DNA of 64,000 nt from positions 2,816,001 through 2,880,000 of the forward strand of contig OZ223209.1 of the NCBI GenBank assembly GCA_965140415.1. The letters are read 5' to 3'. Origin of the DNA: Myxococcota bacterium. Its GTDB lineage: Bacteria; Myxococcota_A; SURF-8. Both the position numbers and the translations under genes were made by a program. Below the pieces are notes generated by a model, which did not search any database, was not told the DNA's origin, and saw only the letters and a list, made by a program, of their open reading frames with translations. This document shows, one piece after another, positions 10,595 through 21,611 of the stretch (within the stretch, counting starts at the first letter, position 1; every line of letters starts with the position of its first letter).

Positions 10595-10837
10595 GTTGTT
10601 ATTATCTCTTTTAATTCTGGGCGATTAGTTTCATTAGATCGCCGATCTTGCCTTGAAAACGGATTCAATCTCTTTAGGAATCCTATCATAATGAGGAAAC
10701 GTCTGTAAACAAACTGTCTGTATCGAAGTGTCAAGAGCGAGATCAAGGAATTGGCAGGAAGGCATCGGCTCATTTTCATTGAGGAAAATATGGGTCTGCG
10801 ATAGGATGCAACAGGTTTCACCAAAGGGAGAGCAAAA

Positions 10838-13414
10838 ATGAGCAACGAACAAAAGCTGTGGCTACTCATCTTGATGTTGGCGGCGATGTGTATTTCTGGA
10901 GTCTCCTGCTCGGATTCTTCCAATGAAACGATTGTGGATGGCGACAGCGATCTATCGGAAACCGAAGAAGAACGGGAAGCGGAAGAGGATACCGTAGACG
11001 GCTTATTTGATAGCGCCTGGTGGCAGACTCCGGATGAATCTTCGATTCTGGGGCTGCTCGACCGCAGCACATTCTTCAAGGAAAACGCATGGTTGATTGA
11101 AGAGATGTCAAGCTGGTTCGAGGAGAACCACTATTCTGAAAAAGCGGAGATTCCCGGCGATGCCAGCCAGTTGGGATATTACCCCGTTGCAAATGGGAAA
11201 TGCTTTGCGTTTGTGGGTACCTATTTCCCTCGTAATACACTGCACGAACTCTTGGGACCGGATTATCAGAAAGGCGGGCAGGGCTATTTCAGCGATTTCA
11301 GCGCAATGCTGGATAAAGACGGTACCTTGCTTTCATGGAAGAGCGACCGCATCTGGAAACCGCGGCAGGCCCAGGTTGTGGTGACGAATATGGCTGTCGA
11401 TGGAGCGGATCTGGAACTGGATACGGTTGCCTTTATTCCGTCCGAAGATAGTGGTATGGCAACATCTGTGCTGCTACAGGTGCATACGATCCGCAATAAT
11501 GGCGAGGGCGCCATTTCTGGACTGCAACTCCGCCTGCAAAGTTACGGCTACGGTGAAGATGCAGCAAATGATTCGAAATGGCTCGAACAGGTGCGGGACG
11601 ATCATCGCTTGCGTGTACGGGCATTAGATGTCGATTTCAGCCAAGTGGAAGTGGAAAACGAAAAATATCCGGCTCTGGTTTCGCCGGAAATGACCGTAGA
11701 AGCCGGAGAGGAAAAGCAGTTCGTCATCGTCTATGAATTCGTGAAAGACGGTGAGGAGGTCGGCTCGGGATATGAAGCCGTGCAACAAGTGGGCTGGAAA
11801 ACCCTTCTTGATCGAACAGCAGCCTGGTGGCGGAAATTTCATCAGGAAGGTTTGATGATACATACTCCCGACCGCCGGGTAGACGATCTTTTGGAAACCA
11901 ACAAGGCGGTGGTACGCAGCCAGATTACCGAATACGGAGGCATCGTGCCGATGTCGCACTACACCAATACCTGGATTCGGGACTCCTTCGGTCCTACGCG
12001 CTTTCTGCTGAAGTTTGGATATACGGAACTGGCCTGGGGCTTAAGTGATTACTATTACAAAGCGGCGGCGCTTCGTGGTGGAATCGGGAACGCAGTTGAA
12101 GCGGATATGGATGTAACCGGTGAGATTCCCGAACTGGATTGGATGAGCGAAATTCCTTTTTCCGGTAGACTGCGTGGAGAAGGTCCCAGCTACCTGCCTT
12201 TGATGCATACCTGGTGTTGGCGATATACCGGGGAAGCGAAGCGTTTGCAAAAGCGCTGGGAATACCTCATGCATACCCTGAAGGGACAGGAGGTTACGGA
12301 CAAAGGGTTGATGTACTTCAGTGGAGATGAAACCTTCCGACCCGTTATGGCGTACAACATGGGGTTGGATCTGGAATATAAATTCGAGGAACTGACGTAC
12401 TCGGCCAATAGCGGCTTTCTTTTCGTGCGTGCGGCTGAAATGCTGGGCGAATTCGGTGAGAAAGTCGGCTTGCAGCAACCGGAGGATCTCGCATGGTTAG
12501 CGCAACAGGCTGAGGTCGTACGAAACTCTACGGAGCAGCAATATTGGATGGAAGCAACCGGGCGGTACAGTCCCTTCATTTACATGGACACGATGGCCCA
12601 GGAAATCAAACCCGGTGAAGATGTGAACACCAAGCCGCTGTGGTTGAACTATCTTGGCAGAGACGATGAACGGGCGCGAGAGAATATCGATTCCGTGATG
12701 GATGAAAGCTTGCGCGATAACGGACTGATCCAGAATCAGTTCAACCTGGACGATACCTTATTGGGTGTGCCGATCGGACCGGGCTTGATGACGGGAATGA
12801 GCATTGCCTATTTCATGTATAACGGTGCGGAACTGAACCTGGATGTAGCAGATAAAACATTCGATTCCATCGGTGCGTATGCCATTGCCAGTGGTACGTA
12901 TTCGGAAGTGATGCTGTTTGCCCTGCCGCGACAGGCGGTCAGCCCGTTTTATGATCGTGTCAGTACTTCCGGTGAAACCTGGGCGCGCTGTCGTCCCTGG
13001 GAGGGGGCCATCAGTGCAGAAGCGATCGAGCATTATTTGATCGGATTTGAAGCGGATGTCCCCGGCGGCTGGATGATGCTGGCTCCAAGATTGGTTCACG
13101 ATTCGAACTGGATCGAGGCCGAAAATTTGGCTTTCGGTCCACTGCGATTGAGTATGCGCTTTGAGCGTGAAGAAGATTCCTACAGCTTTACCATTACATC
13201 TCCGACAGAGCCGGATACTGCCGGGCTTGAACAGATTTATCTGCGCTTGCATGTGGCAAAGGGAAAAGAGTTTAACGTATTCGTAGACGGAGAGAAACTT
13301 CCCCAAACCGACTTGGAGATTATCTCGGATTATGATAGTGTCGCCGAACTTCGCCTGACCCTTGCCGCAAAGCAGGGCGAGCAGGTTGTGACGATAGAGC
13401 CCATCGTGCAGTAA
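10838..13414 (+). CDS. Large lipoprotein with putative six-hairpin glycosidase domain
   Basis: Lipobox GVSC, acidic linker with DGD, and YTNTWIRDS resembling the GH15-like Y-x-x-W-x-RD motif. Confidence 0.55.
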   Translation: MSNEQKLWLLILMLAAMCISGVSCSDSSNETIVDGDSDLSETEEEREAEEDTVDGLFDSAWWQTPDESSILGLLDRSTFFKENAWLIEEMSSWFEENHYSEKAEIPGDASQLGYYPVANGKCFAFVGTYFPRNTLHELLGPDYQKGGQGYFSDFSAMLDKDGTLLSWKSDRIWKPRQAQVVVTNMAVDGADLELDTVAFIPSEDSGMATSVLLQVHTIRNNGEGAISGLQLRLQSYGYGEDAANDSKWLEQVRDDHRLRVRALDVDFSQVEVENEKYPALVSPEMTVEAGEEKQFVIVYEFVKDGEEVGSGYEAVQQVGWKTLLDRTAAWWRKFHQEGLMIHTPDRRVDDLLETNKAVVRSQITEYGGIVPMSHYTNTWIRDSFGPTRFLLKFGYTELAWGLSDYYYKAAALRGGIGNAVEADMDVTGEIPELDWMSEIPFSGRLRGEGPSYLPLMHTWCWRYTGEAKRLQKRWEYLMHTLKGQEVTDKGLMYFSGDETFRPVMAYNMGLDLEYKFEELTYSANSGFLFVRAAEMLGEFGEKVGLQQPEDLAWLAQQAEVVRNSTEQQYWMEATGRYSPFIYMDTMAQEIKPGEDVNTKPLWLNYLGRDDERARENIDSVMDESLRDNGLIQNQFNLDDTLLGVPIGPGLMTGMSIAYFMYNGAELNLDVADKTFDSIGAYAIASGTYSEVMLFALPRQAVSPFYDRVSTSGETWARCRPWEGAISAEAIEHYLIGFEADVPGGWMMLAPRLVHDSNWIEAENLAFGPLRLSMRFEREEDSYSFTITSPTEPDTAGLEQIYLRLHVAKGKEFNVFVDGEKLPQTDLEIISDYDSVAELRLTLAAKQGEQVVTIEPIVQ

Positions 13415-13482
13415 AGGGTTTTATTAAACTCTATGAAATAGCGGTTCGTACTAAGGTGAACCGAGAACGAGTTGAGGAAATT

Positions 13483-13839
13483 ATGCCGAGTCAGCCATCG
13501 AAGAAACTTGAAACATTCCCGAATCCCAAGCCGGAGCGGGACTACGAAATCCATATCACTTCGCCGGAATTTACCTGTTTGTGCCCGATGACCGGTCAGC
13601 CCGATTTCGCCACCATCGATGTGAAGTACGTGCCGGATCAGCTTTGTGTCGAGTTGAAATCCTTCAAACTGTACATCTGGTCGTTCCGGGATGAGGGGCA
13701 TTTTCACGAGGCGGTCACCAATCGCATAGCCGATGATCTGATCGCCGCTATCGATCCTCGCAAGATCACCGTAACCGGTTGTTTCAACGTGCGTGGCGGC
13801 GTGACGACAACCGTTACCGTCAGCCATCAAAAGGCATAA
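13483..13839 (+). CDS. queF: NADPH-dependent preQ0 reductase (unimodular QueF)
   Basis: [24 protein letters not shown] and VRGG motifs. ATG 13483 follows GAGGA. Confidence 0.95.
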   Translation: MPSQPSKKLETFPNPKPERDYEIHITSPEFTCLCPMTGQPDFATIDVKYVPDQLCVELKSFKLYIWSFRDEGHFHEAVTNRIADDLIAAIDPRKITVTGCFNVRGGVTTTVTVSHQKA

Positions 13840-13864
13840 AAAATAGGCCCCAAAAGTGGGGCCT
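13838..13864 (-). terminator. Intrinsic terminator between convergent queF and thrS
   Basis: AGGCCCCA-AAAG-TGGGGCCT hairpin preceded by an A-run (U-tract on the minus strand). Confidence 0.7.
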
Positions 13865-13893
13865 GAAAATCAAGCATTCAAAACAGGAAACGC

Positions 13894-15843
13894 TTAGTCG
13901 CGTTCGGGCAGGTTGCGTTCTTTGATTTCGGTCAGCAGCCATTGCTTGAATTCGGAATAGGGCAGGGTCTTCTGGGCTTTTACTCCGAAACGGCGCAGCG
14001 TAACGGTTTCTTCTGCGCGTTCCTTTTCGCCAACCACCAGAACATTTGGGATTTTCCAGTGGCTGATTGCCATACGGACTTTCTTGTTCAACGTTTCGCT
14101 GGAAGTATCCACTTCCGCGCGGACGAACTCTCCGAATAGATCGTCTTTCAGCTTCTGAGCGTAATCGGTGAATTCCGCTGCTACCGGGATGATGCGAACC
14201 TGAGTTGGAGCCATCCAGGTCGGGAATGCGCCTGCGAAATGTTCGATCAGGAAGGCGATGAAACGTTCGTGCGTGCCAAGTGGTGCGCGGTGAATGATCA
14301 CCGGGCGGTGCGGTTGACCGTCTTCGCCGGTATAGGAAAGATTGAAACGTTCGGCGGAAACGAAATCCACCTGATTGGTGCTGTTGGTTTCTTCGCGACC
14401 GATGACATTTTTAAACTGCACGTCCACTTTGGGGCCGTAGAAGGCCGCTTCGCCATAGGCGACTTTGTAAGGCAATCCCAACTCATCCATGGCCTGCATG
14501 CAGAAGTTCTCTGCTCGCTTCCATAGTTCCGGATCATCCACGAATTTGTCTTTTGCCGGATCGTGCAGGCTCAGGCGCATGTAATATTCCGTCAAGCCCA
14601 GCAACTTGTAATACTCCATGTGCATCTGCATCACGGACTTGAATTCTTGTTGGAACTGGTCTTCGCGAGCGTAGATGTGCGCATCGTTCATGCACATGCC
14701 GCGCACACGCAGTAAGCCGGCCAGTTCTCCCGATTTTTCGAAGCGATAGACATGCCCGTATTCCGCCATGCGCAGCGGCATCTCCCGGTAGGAGCGAGGA
14801 CGCGCATCGAAAATCATGTGATGATGCGGGCAGTTCATCGGCTTCAGGTAAAAGGCTTCTTCTTCATCTTCCAGTTTCATCGGTGGAAACATGGAATCCT
14901 TATAGTGCGCCAGATGCCCGCTTGTGTGATACAGGTTCTCTTTCGTGATTTCCGGAGTGGATACGCGCTGATAGCCATACCGGAATTCGGTTTCCTTGGC
15001 CAGTTTTTCGAGTTCTTCCCGAATCACCGTACCATTCGGAAGCCACAGAGGCAGCCCTTTGCCGACCATTTCACTGATATGGAAAAGTTCCAGTTGTTTT
15101 CCAAGTTTACGGTGATCGCGGCGCTCCGCCTCTTCCAACCTGTGCAGGTGATCCGACAGTTCCTGCTTCGTCGCCCAAGCTGTTCCGTAAATACGGGTCA
15201 GCATTTTGTTCTTTTCGCTGCCTCGCCAATAGGCACCGGCCACGCTCATCAGTTTGAACACTTTCAGTAAACCCGTGTGGGGCGCGTGAGGTCCACGGCA
15301 AAGATCGGTAAACTCGTCCTGTGTGTAAGTGGAAATGACTTCCCCTTCTGGAAGATCCTGAATCAACTCGACTTTGTAGATTTCTCCCGCCGGTTCCCAC
15401 ATGGCCAGCGCATCTTCTTTGCTGACTTCCTTGCGTTCGATGGGAAGCCGCTTATTCGAGATCGACTTCATTTCTTTTTCGATCTTCTTGAATTCTTCTG
15501 CCGAGAAGGTCTCGTCTCCGAAATCGATATCGTAGTAGAATCCGTTTTCAACGGTCGGACCGATGGCGAGTTTGGCCTTCGGATAATGTCGTAAAATCGC
15601 CTGCGCCATAAGGTGGGCTGTGGAGTGGCGCAGTACGGACAAACCTTCTTCGGAGGCGGTCGTTACACTCGTCAATTGACCGGATTCGGTCAACGTGGTC
15701 GATAAATCAACAACTTTATCATCTAATTTTGCAGCGATCACGTCGCCTTTTAAAAGCCCCTGGCTTTTCAACGCTTCCGCTGCGCTGATTCCGGAATCCA
15801 TTTCAATGGTTTCGGATTCGAATTGAATCTGCACTTTGCTCAT
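13894..15843 (-). CDS. thrS: Threonine--tRNA ligase
   Basis: TGS domain, HSTAH, DLCRGPH, RDHRKLG, KPMNCP and GEAAFYGPK. Confidence 0.98.
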   Translation of the reverse strand: MSKVQIQFESETIEMDSGISAAEALKSQGLLKGDVIAAKLDDKVVDLSTTLTESGQLTSVTTASEEGLSVLRHSTAHLMAQAILRHYPKAKLAIGPTVENGFYYDIDFGDETFSAEEFKKIEKEMKSISNKRLPIERKEVSKEDALAMWEPAGEIYKVELIQDLPEGEVISTYTQDEFTDLCRGPHAPHTGLLKVFKLMSVAGAYWRGSEKNKMLTRIYGTAWATKQELSDHLHRLEEAERRDHRKLGKQLELFHISEMVGKGLPLWLPNGTVIREELEKLAKETEFRYGYQRVSTPEITKENLYHTSGHLAHYKDSMFPPMKLEDEEEAFYLKPMNCPHHHMIFDARPRSYREMPLRMAEYGHVYRFEKSGELAGLLRVRGMCMNDAHIYAREDQFQQEFKSVMQMHMEYYKLLGLTEYYMRLSLHDPAKDKFVDDPELWKRAENFCMQAMDELGLPYKVAYGEAAFYGPKVDVQFKNVIGREETNSTNQVDFVSAERFNLSYTGEDGQPHRPVIIHRAPLGTHERFIAFLIEHFAGAFPTWMAPTQVRIIPVAAEFTDYAQKLKDDLFGEFVRAEVDTSSETLNKKVRMAISHWKIPNVLVVGEKERAEETVTLRRFGVKAQKTLPYSEFKQWLLTEIKERNLPERD

Positions 15844-16028
15844 CGATATTCTCCATACCTCAAACCGTTTAACTAAATGAACTCATTATCGAAAGGTGAT
15901 TTCTAGCACGAGCGTGACTGGGTGTCAACGACAATGAATGTGAAAGTAACGCACAAAACGGTCGCTTCGCTTCGCCGCGACTTTCAACGTTCCCTTTTGA
16001 TTGTTTAACTGTGCTGGAATAGCCGTTG

Positions 16029-18899
16029 TTACGCGTTGGATTGAACAAGCAAGGAATCCAGAAATGCATTGACTACAGGATCGGTTTCGCCTGCATAGTG
16101 ACCGCTGATGTGGCCGAACTGTTCAGTGGGAACCATGCGATGCAGGGCATATAAAACGATTTCTCGCAGTAGGGCTTCGTCATGGTCGATGAAGCGTTGC
16201 ATATCGGGTACAAGCTCGGATATCCGATTTTTCCCGATGGTTTGGATGGTGCAGGCGATCAGCCATTCGTCATACCCATCGTGTAAGAAAGAACGAAGCA
16301 GAGATACTGCATCGAGTGAATTGAGTTTGAATAACTGATGTCCGTTCTCGATCTTGTCTTCCAAGTCGATGCTGTCGAGAATGGGAAGCAGGTAGCGTTT
16401 GGTTTCTTTCTCACAAATATTGTCAATAATCTCCATTGCATTCGATCGCATGACCTGGTTACTGCTGCGCATGTTGTAGGAAACGATCTCGATCTGTTCG
16501 CGAGGGTAGATCATTGCCAGCAAATGGAAAGCCCGATCAAGGATTTCCTTTGCACGGTCTTTCAGGGCACTGTCAAGCAGTTGTTCATCTATCAGACTTT
16601 CCCTTAAAATTTTAATGTATACCAAGGTTTGGTAATATTGCTCAAGTTCCGAGTGCAGCATCGACTGGATGCGTTTGTAATCCAGTGAAATTTCATCATC
16701 TCGCTTGATGAACAGTTTTTGCATGGCGCGCACTACTGCCGACCGCAGCTTGACGTCCTTTGTTTCCAGCAGTTTTTCTAGAATTTCGTAGGCTTTGACT
16801 GATGGGATATTGGACAAGACGACAGGCAAGGATCTGCGAATTCCCGCGCTAATGTGATCGAGCAGTAGAACGTCTTCCAATTGTTCCAGAATCAATTCCC
16901 CATACTGGGAAAGGGCGACTATCGCTGTTTTGCGCGTGTCCGGGTCATTCAATTTGAAAATCAAGTTGGGAACCAGTTCCGTGGATCGCATCAGGCCGGC
17001 TGCTTCAATGGCGGCTCGTTGCACATCGAGATTGGGATCGTTGATCAATCGGAATAACGGCTGATAAAAGCTCTTGATTTTAATATATCCAAGTACGCGT
17101 GCTCCGTTTTCCCGCTCAACAGGGTCGTGATTGTCCAACATCTTTTTCAGTTCCGCCGTCGATGAGAGAATGCCTTCCAGGCCTCCAAATTCAATCAGAC
17201 CGCTGATCGTCGCGGCTTTCACCTGTGGGCTGGAATCATGCAGGAAATGAGTGATAATCTCGACCGCGCGGCTGTTTTCCAGTCTGCTGTACATTCGAAT
17301 CGCCATGGCGCGGACTCGTTCTTCCGAGTCGTTGAAATGATTGCGCAGATATTTCGAATACTTGCGATTGTGGCTTTGAGCCAGGTATTCGATGGCGCGC
17401 TCGCGTACCCTGGGATGACGGTTTTTCAGCAAGGGCAGGATCGATTCATCCCAATCACTGAAGTTGGATAGGGGAATTACCTCTATGGCATTGAGCACTT
17501 GAGTTTCATCCGAGGATGCCAGTGCTTTTTGAATGACGGTGCGGCTGATTGCCAGATTGCGGTCATCCTCTACGGTTTCCATGCCGGTACGTTTGGATCG
17601 ACGATCGCTGGCGAGTAATAGTGCTTCGATGTACTTGTGGCGCATGGACACCAGTAGCCCGATCCAGACCATCAATAATAGTAGAATGCCCCAACTCAAT
17701 TTCTGAATATGGGCCATGTCGTTAATCACGAAAAAGTAGTTTAAAAGCAGGAAAATCAATCCGGCGATAGCCTGGGCTGCCGGACGCATGATGCCGTCGC
17801 TTATGGCCTTGGCTTTGCGCCGATGAGCGGGAGGCAGTGGCTGATACAGTAATTGAGTCGTCGTGTCGGTAATCGTGTATCGAGTGACCAGTTCTCCGCC
17901 TTTGGCCATCGTTACACCGATAAATCCTACAAATCCCAGGGTAAGGATCGATCCACCGAACAGGGCGAAGGGAAGAACCAATAGCGCCCAAAGAATCCCC
18001 ACTTTTTCCAATAGCCTTGATGTCAGGAAGAACTGTGTGATGCAGGCCAGTAAACCGCCGTAGGCGTAAATAGAAAAGAAGAAATCCGCTAGGTCTTCGC
18101 CGCTGTATTTGTATTGCGCAGTCACTTTGAATTGATAGTCTACGAAGGTGACGGCCAGAATCATGACCATGGTTACCAATACGATGTGATTCTGAAGACT
18201 TTTAAAAACCGTAACGCTGCTTTCCGGGTAGGTACTGTCGAGTCGTTGTTGCCTGGAGCGCTGTCGACCACGTTGTTGATTGATTACCCGGTAACGATTG
18301 CTCAGAAAGTTAAAGATTACAAGGCAAACAAGGATAGATACGATACAGACGAAACTCAGATTGTAAATGCCGATGTGCTCTTTAAGGCTTCGAATGGGAA
18401 AGGAATATAGATTGGCCAGTACCGCACCGCCGCCGATTACACCGAAAAGGCGTTTCGCTTCTCTTGCATTGAACAGTTCATTGGCAAAAGTCCAGAACTG
18501 AATCACCAGCATGATTCCCATGATTTCGATGAACACATACAGCGCCGGAACCACCCAATAGGCCTGCGATGTTTCCAGCAATCCACGAAACACAAGGAGT
18601 ATCAGAACGAAAATCACATTGGAGGCATTGATGATACGTCTGAGCGATAAGCGGATGACCTGTCGGGTATAGAGTAAGGTCGTCAGGCTCACTCCAAGAG
18701 CCACGATAATGTACATATAGGGGAGCCAGTCCAATCGAGATTCGCTTAGAAACAGTGTGTCCTTCATGATTCGGCCAATAATGAAGGCAGCAACGGCATT
18801 GAAGGCATACATCGCCATTAAAAAGGTTTTTAAGAATTCACCTTTTCTAATTTTGAAAGCCTTCTGAAGGAAAGTTTTCACCCGTTCTCCAGGTGTCAT
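16029..18899 (-). CDS. Npt1/Npt2 (TLC)-like transporter fused to HEAT repeats
   Basis: 12-TM N-terminal half with QFWTFANELF..REAKRLF; C-terminal HEAT-like helical repeats. Confidence 0.8.
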   Translation of the reverse strand: MTPGERVKTFLQKAFKIRKGEFLKTFLMAMYAFNAVAAFIIGRIMKDTLFLSESRLDWLPYMYIIVALGVSLTTLLYTRQVIRLSLRRIINASNVIFVLILLVFRGLLETSQAYWVVPALYVFIEIMGIMLVIQFWTFANELFNAREAKRLFGVIGGGAVLANLYSFPIRSLKEHIGIYNLSFVCIVSILVCLVIFNFLSNRYRVINQQRGRQRSRQQRLDSTYPESSVTVFKSLQNHIVLVTMVMILAVTFVDYQFKVTAQYKYSGEDLADFFFSIYAYGGLLACITQFFLTSRLLEKVGILWALLVLPFALFGGSILTLGFVGFIGVTMAKGGELVTRYTITDTTTQLLYQPLPPAHRRKAKAISDGIMRPAAQAIAGLIFLLLNYFFVINDMAHIQKLSWGILLLLMVWIGLLVSMRHKYIEALLLASDRRSKRTGMETVEDDRNLAISRTVIQKALASSDETQVLNAIEVIPLSNFSDWDESILPLLKNRHPRVRERAIEYLAQSHNRKYSKYLRNHFNDSEERVRAMAIRMYSRLENSRAVEIITHFLHDSSPQVKAATISGLIEFGGLEGILSSTAELKKMLDNHDPVERENGARVLGYIKIKSFYQPLFRLINDPNLDVQRAAIEAAGLMRSTELVPNLIFKLNDPDTRKTAIVALSQYGELILEQLEDVLLLDHISAGIRRSLPVVLSNIPSVKAYEILEKLLETKDVKLRSAVVRAMQKLFIKRDDEISLDYKRIQSMLHSELEQYYQTLVYIKILRESLIDEQLLDSALKDRAKEILDRAFHLLAMIYPREQIEIVSYNMRSSNQVMRSNAMEIIDNICEKETKRYLLPILDSIDLEDKIENGHQLFKLNSLDAVSLLRSFLHDGYDEWLIACTIQTIGKNRISELVPDMQRFIDHDEALLREIVLYALHRMVPTEQFGHISGHYAGETDPVVNAFLDSLLVQSNA

Positions 18900-19140
18900 C
18901 TACTTCTATCGTCTCCTGTAAAGCATTAAGGTGGTCCCCGGATGCATCTTTCACATCGATTCGACAAAAACCATATCAGGAGGTTGGCATAAAGGCAAGA
19001 GAATGCCAAAAGGAAGAAAGCATATATGAACTGGTGGTTTGAAAAACGACAGGTCCGTTGCTGTTGCTTGACAGCCCGGTCAATTTTTCTATACTCACTC
19101 GATACTTGATTGAAGTGAAAACTTCGGGAAAGGAACGAAG

Positions 19141-19878
19141 ATGAGAGAAGATGGTCGACAAGCAAACGAGATCCGTCCTGCCGCAATTCAGACGGGTATT
19201 CAGAAATACCCTGATGGGTCTGTATTGATCACCTGTGGGGATACCAAGGTGATCTGCGCGGCTCATGTGACCCAAGGTGTGCCCGGTTTTCTGATCGGTA
19301 CCGGGCGCGGCTGGGTAACGGCGGAATATTCCATGATGCCTGGAGCGGGTCAGGGACGTACCAGGCGAGAACGGCAAACGGGAGGGCGTTCTTCTGAGAT
19401 CCAGCGCCTGATCGGTCGTTCGCTTCGTGCCGTATGCGATCTGGAGAAACTGGGTGAATTGACGGTAACCATCGATTGCGATGTGTTGCAGGCTGATGGC
19501 GGTACGCGAACGGCGTCAATTACAGGAGCTTTTGTTGCACTGGTACTGGCTTTGAAGCGTGTGCAGAGCATGGGACTCATTGGGGAACTTCCTCTTACGG
19601 ATACGGTAACCGCGATTAGCTGCGGCATTGTCGGAGGTCAATTGCTTTTGGATTTGCCCTATGTCGAGGATTATCAGGCGGAAGTCGACATGAATGTCGT
19701 CATGACCGGCAGTGGTCGCTTGATCGAAGTGCAGGGAACTGCCGAGGGGTTGCCTTATACCCGTGAGCAGCTGAACCAACTGCTGGATCTGGCGGAAAAG
19801 GGATGTGGTGAATTGGCTGCCTTACAGAGAGAAGCATTACCAGAGGTTTACGATGAAATTACTGCTCGCCACGCATAA
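19141..19878 (+). CDS. rph: Ribonuclease PH
   Basis: [20 protein letters not shown] and [17 protein letters not shown]. Confidence 0.97.
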   Translation: MREDGRQANEIRPAAIQTGIQKYPDGSVLITCGDTKVICAAHVTQGVPGFLIGTGRGWVTAEYSMMPGAGQGRTRRERQTGGRSSEIQRLIGRSLRAVCDLEKLGELTVTIDCDVLQADGGTRTASITGAFVALVLALKRVQSMGLIGELPLTDTVTAISCGIVGGQLLLDLPYVEDYQAEVDMNVVMTGSGRLIEVQGTAEGLPYTREQLNQLLDLAEKGCGELAALQREALPEVYDEITARHA

Positions 19879-20461
19879 CCGGGGTAAAGTCAACGATCTG
19901 AACGCACTGTTGCAGGACTCGGACATCACGGTGCTTAGCCTGGATGATGTTCCCGATTTGCCGGATGTCGAAGAGGATGGCGACACTTTCCTGGACAATG
20001 CCAGAAAGAAAGCCCAAGCTTGTTTCGGCCATTGTGGCATTCCGACTCTTGCGGATGATTCGGGGTTGATGGTCGATGCGTTAGACGGTGCGCCGGGCGT
20101 TTATTCCGCTCGCTATGGCGGTGAACCGTCCAATGACGAAAAGAATAAAGCCAAGTTGCTGGAGGAATTGAAAGATTTTCCATTAGATAGACAGCGTAGT
20201 GCCAAATTCGTTTGTGTGCTGGTGTTTATCGGAGAAGAAGGGCACGAAAGTGTAGTCGTTGGTGAGGCGAAGGGGCATATCACTCACGAGCCGAAGGGAA
20301 CGAACGGTTTCGGATACGATCCGCTTTTCGTACATCCTGCCTACAATGGAAAAACGATGGGAGAGGTAAGCCAGCAGGAAAAAAATGCGGTCAGCCATCG
20401 TGGTGCAGCCATGCGAGACATGCTCCCCAAAATTTTGGCATTTTCTAAAAGCAAGCGCTAA
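19853..20461 (+). CDS. rdgB: dITP/XTP pyrophosphatase (HAM1)
   Basis: [27 protein letters not shown] and SHR. Start set to ATG 19853, overlapping rph. Confidence 0.95.
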   Translation: MKLLLATHNRGKVNDLNALLQDSDITVLSLDDVPDLPDVEEDGDTFLDNARKKAQACFGHCGIPTLADDSGLMVDALDGAPGVYSARYGGEPSNDEKNKAKLLEELKDFPLDRQRSAKFVCVLVFIGEEGHESVVVGEAKGHITHEPKGTNGFGYDPLFVHPAYNGKTMGEVSQQEKNAVSHRGAAMRDMLPKILAFSKSKR

Positions 20462-20516
20462 AATGCGCAAGCGATAACGATCCAGTGATATTTTCCGTCA
20501 GGAAAGGAAACAGGGA

Positions 20517-21425
20517 ATGACAAGTATTCTAGCTCCGCTGGAGACTCGGACGATTAAGAGCATCGATGGCTTACCGATACATGTCACGATTGCTGGTACA
20601 GGACCGCATCGATGGTTGTTGCCTCCTGGATTGGGGACTCCGGTGTTGTGCTGGAAATATCTTTTTGAATATTTTCATGAAAAGATGACGATCGTCACCT
20701 GGGATCCGCGTGGTTGCTATCAATCCGGAATACCTAAAGATCCTGAGCGATTGCGGGTTGAAAGTCACGTTGAAGATGCATTCGCCGTGATCGACGAGAT
20801 GGGCTGGCAGGATGGTGGTTTTGTGACCGGCGGATGGAGCATGGGCGTTCAGATCGGTCTCGAATTGTTCCACAATGCTCCTCACATGGTTCGAGCCTTG
20901 ACCCTGATCAACGGTGCATTTGAGAACGTGCTGAGAACGGCTTTCGCATTGCCGATCGGAAACAACATGATGCGTGGCGTTGCCCACGTCGCCAGCCTGC
21001 TCGCGCCTCTGAGTGCACCTGTTTCCAGTTATCTTCTTGGACAAGATTGGGCTTTGGATCTGCTTAAAAAGCTATCGATTGTTTCCAATAATGAAGACTT
21101 TTTCGCCGAAGTCGCACAACAGTTTAAAGGGCTGGACTTTAAGACCTATTTCAAAATGATGCTCAAGCTCGATGAACATTCCGCTCGCGAAATCTTACCA
21201 ACGGTCAATGTGCCGACCCTGGTGACGGCAGGAAGCCTGGACAAGATGACACCACCAGCGGTATGTCGGTTTGCCCATGAGCAAATTCCTGGAAGTGGTT
21301 ATTTCGAAATTCCCAACGGTACGCACTACACAACCATCGAGTACCCGGAGATTGTGAATCTTAAACTGGATCAATTCTTCCGAACTCGCGTGTTTGCCGA
21401 TAGTTGGGATAACCCCTCGGACTGA
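20517..21425 (+). CDS. Alpha/beta fold hydrolase
   Basis: WDPRG, GWSMG nucleophile elbow, D and H triad candidates. Confidence 0.85.
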   Translation: MTSILAPLETRTIKSIDGLPIHVTIAGTGPHRWLLPPGLGTPVLCWKYLFEYFHEKMTIVTWDPRGCYQSGIPKDPERLRVESHVEDAFAVIDEMGWQDGGFVTGGWSMGVQIGLELFHNAPHMVRALTLINGAFENVLRTAFALPIGNNMMRGVAHVASLLAPLSAPVSSYLLGQDWALDLLKKLSIVSNNEDFFAEVAQQFKGLDFKTYFKMMLKLDEHSAREILPTVNVPTLVTAGSLDKMTPPAVCRFAHEQIPGSGYFEIPNGTHYTTIEYPEIVNLKLDQFFRTRVFADSWDNPSD

Positions 21426-21611
21426 TGCCAGAATAGCCGATAAGAAAGCAAGTTCTCGCGTGAGATCACAATTTGTCGTTGTTTCTGTCCGTAATGCTGG
21501 AACGTGATCAAATCCTTACTTCGAGTCAATTGTAATTGCGAATGATTCCGTGATCGAATATACTCTGGGTAAGCTTCCTGGGGGCAGGAGGTATCTGGCA
21601 ATTGGATTGGG

